From the IMG/VR virus record IMGVR_UViG_3300028048_001169, positions 96,001-160,000 of that record: a DNA stretch of 64,000 nucleotides; one strand, written 5' to 3'. Position numbers and translations under genes: made by a program. The stretch's first letter is position 1. The number at the start of each line of letters is the position of its first letter. The notes under the pieces were generated by a model, which had not been told where the DNA came from, made no database searches, and saw only the letters and a list, made by a program, of their open reading frames with translations. The stretch is from a virus. Lineage: Duplodnaviria > Caudoviricetes. Of the stretch, positions 62,706 to 64,000 are shown one piece after another.

Positions 62706-63219
62706 TCATCGTGAACCAGAAACAATGGAGGAATTGATTAGTGAGATTCGAAAGATTACAAAGAATCAGAAAGCTCAATCAATTTCTGACCAGGTTAGAG
62801 TTCAGCAAATGCTACTAAACGATCCAAACTATGAGGTGTCAATTTATGACAAATCAAAGGGTCGTATTGGTAGCAGAAATGTACATGACGAAGCAATTAG
62901 GTTTATAGCAGATACAACAGCTGCTATAACTGGACTGGACAAACAGTCTGCTAGAGAATGTGCAAAGAGTTACAAGTTTACTAAGAAAGATGCTAATTTC
63001 TTTTTAAACATGACTCATGACTTTATGCAAACTTATTTAGATACTGGTAGAAAACTGAATATTATTCAGACAGAAGATTCTGAGGCTTCTATTTTCTATC
63101 GTCAAATAGGTGTAAGAGAGAAAGTTATTCCTAGTAAGAATGGTAGTGTCAAAATACCAGGATATAAGAAAGTCATCGTACGATCAAAAGCACCGAAATA
63201 TATGAATAAGGAGATCTGA
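62692..63219 (+). CDS. Hypothetical protein
   Basis: AGGAGG RBS; 175 aa. Confidence 0.7.
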   Translation: MMTNDHREPETMEELISEIRKITKNQKAQSISDQVRVQQMLLNDPNYEVSIYDKSKGRIGSRNVHDEAIRFIADTTAAITGLDKQSARECAKSYKFTKKDANFFLNMTHDFMQTYLDTGRKLNIIQTEDSEASIFYRQIGVREKVIPSKNGSVKIPGYKKVIVRSKAPKYMNKEI

Positions 63220-63223
63220 TGTT

Positions 63224-63769
63224 ATGTACAAGGTATCAATTGAGCACCTTACACCTCAGAATCCTATTACGAGGGCGGGTATAGAATTAGGGGCTTGTAG
63301 AAAAGAAGATTTATCTGATCCACAAGCAAATTATGAACGAGGACTAAATGCATTTATATCATATCAAGATCCAATTAAGAATTTTATATTAATTCATATA
63401 TTGATTACTGATATTGATGATGAGGTATCTAACATTATAAAAGACTTTGTTCACAAATCAAAGAGAATCGAAATAGATGATCGATGTATTCTCATTCTAT
63501 CATTGCATGATTTTCGCAAATTATACAATATGCAATGTATAGAGAATGAACGAGTGAATCACGACTTCTATAATAGATTCATTGCTGAACTATGTAGACA
63601 ATTAGCATTGTACTCAGATGAATGGAAGAAAGTAATCAAAGAATATCTTATCTTTGATTGTGATTACTTTGAATTCTGCCCTAGAAACCATAGCTGTGGA
63701 AGACATCCAATCAAACAAGATGTTCCTAGTCGCATTGCAAAGTTAGCAGATAAGATAATAGATGATTAA
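63224..63769 (+). CDS. Degenerate ThyX-like protein lacking the central catalytic region
   Basis: N-terminal NPIT..G...G.C...D...NY.RGL and C-terminal L..YS.EW......C....CP...SCGR.P resemble Clostridial-phage ThyX ends; no RH/TH...SxR motif. Confidence 0.55.
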   Translation: MYKVSIEHLTPQNPITRAGIELGACRKEDLSDPQANYERGLNAFISYQDPIKNFILIHILITDIDDEVSNIIKDFVHKSKRIEIDDRCILILSLHDFRKLYNMQCIENERVNHDFYNRFIAELCRQLALYSDEWKKVIKEYLIFDCDYFEFCPRNHSCGRHPIKQDVPSRIAKLADKIIDD

Positions 63770-63835
63770 CAATCTAAATCCCGATAGGAAACCACTCCTA
63801 TCGGGTTATCTCATCTCAGTATTTAAAATTATTAA

Positions 63836-64000
63836 TTAAGCAAATAATCTTTCGATCTGCTCGTTGATATAACTCATATCAGCCTCGAACTCCTCAACTG
63901 TAGCGTAGCTCTGCTTGCTGACTATTATACTAGCGTCCTCTGGATCAAGGAACTCGTAAGTTACTTTAACGTCTTTACCAGCCTTCTTAAGAATGCCAAG
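63836..64000 (-). CDS. C-terminus of a gene entering from outside the window
   Basis: Open frame LGILKKAGKDVK...IERLFA* converging on the terminator at 63780-63805. Confidence 0.65.
   Translation of the reverse strand, partial: LGILKKAGKDVKVTYEFLDPEDASIIVSKQSYATVEEFEADMSYINEQIERLFA

Noticed and set aside
1-64000. Stop-codon reassignment
   Set aside because: Long conserved genes read through in code 11, TAA/TAG/TGA all end genes, and no suppressor tRNA is seen
1-64000. Bacterial chromosome or integrated prophage
   Set aside because: Split, divergent RNAP subunits, phage-specific promoters, virion genes and the absence of housekeeping operons or an integrase indicate a lytic jumbo phage

Overview
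A 64 kb, AT-rich, gene-dense, mostly + strand segment of a jumbo bacteriophage of the AR9/PBS1 (phiKZ-related) type. Strong GGAGG ribosome-binding sites and Firmicute-type tRNAs point to a Firmicute, probably Clostridia, host. It encodes split multisubunit RNA polymerase subunits (beta-N, beta-C, beta'-N), GyrB/GyrA, a RecA/UvsX-like recombinase, an NAD-dependent ligase, an SbcC/Rad50 ATPase and a PIN-PhoH protein. It also carries a 3295-aa tail/tape-measure-like protein with C39 peptidase, GH73 and CHAP domains, two papain-like proteases, five tRNAs and one tRNA-like element. Three group I introns are visible: two in gyrB (one carrying a GIY-YIG endonuclease) and one splitting the RNAP catalytic ADFDG/D motif. 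The least explained features are: (1) a 7 x ~140 bp palindromic array with shuffled half-sites next to a BRO gene; (2) a set of long-stem hairpin RNAs, interleaved with the tRNAs and also free-standing, whose loops are rich in anti-Shine-Dalgarno/anti-AUG sequence; (3) AR9-type late promoters together with a catalytically gutted ThyX, hinting at uracil-DNA biology; (4) double-glycine-like linker motifs punctuating the giant tail protein. All calls are from motif reading by eye; no database searches were run.
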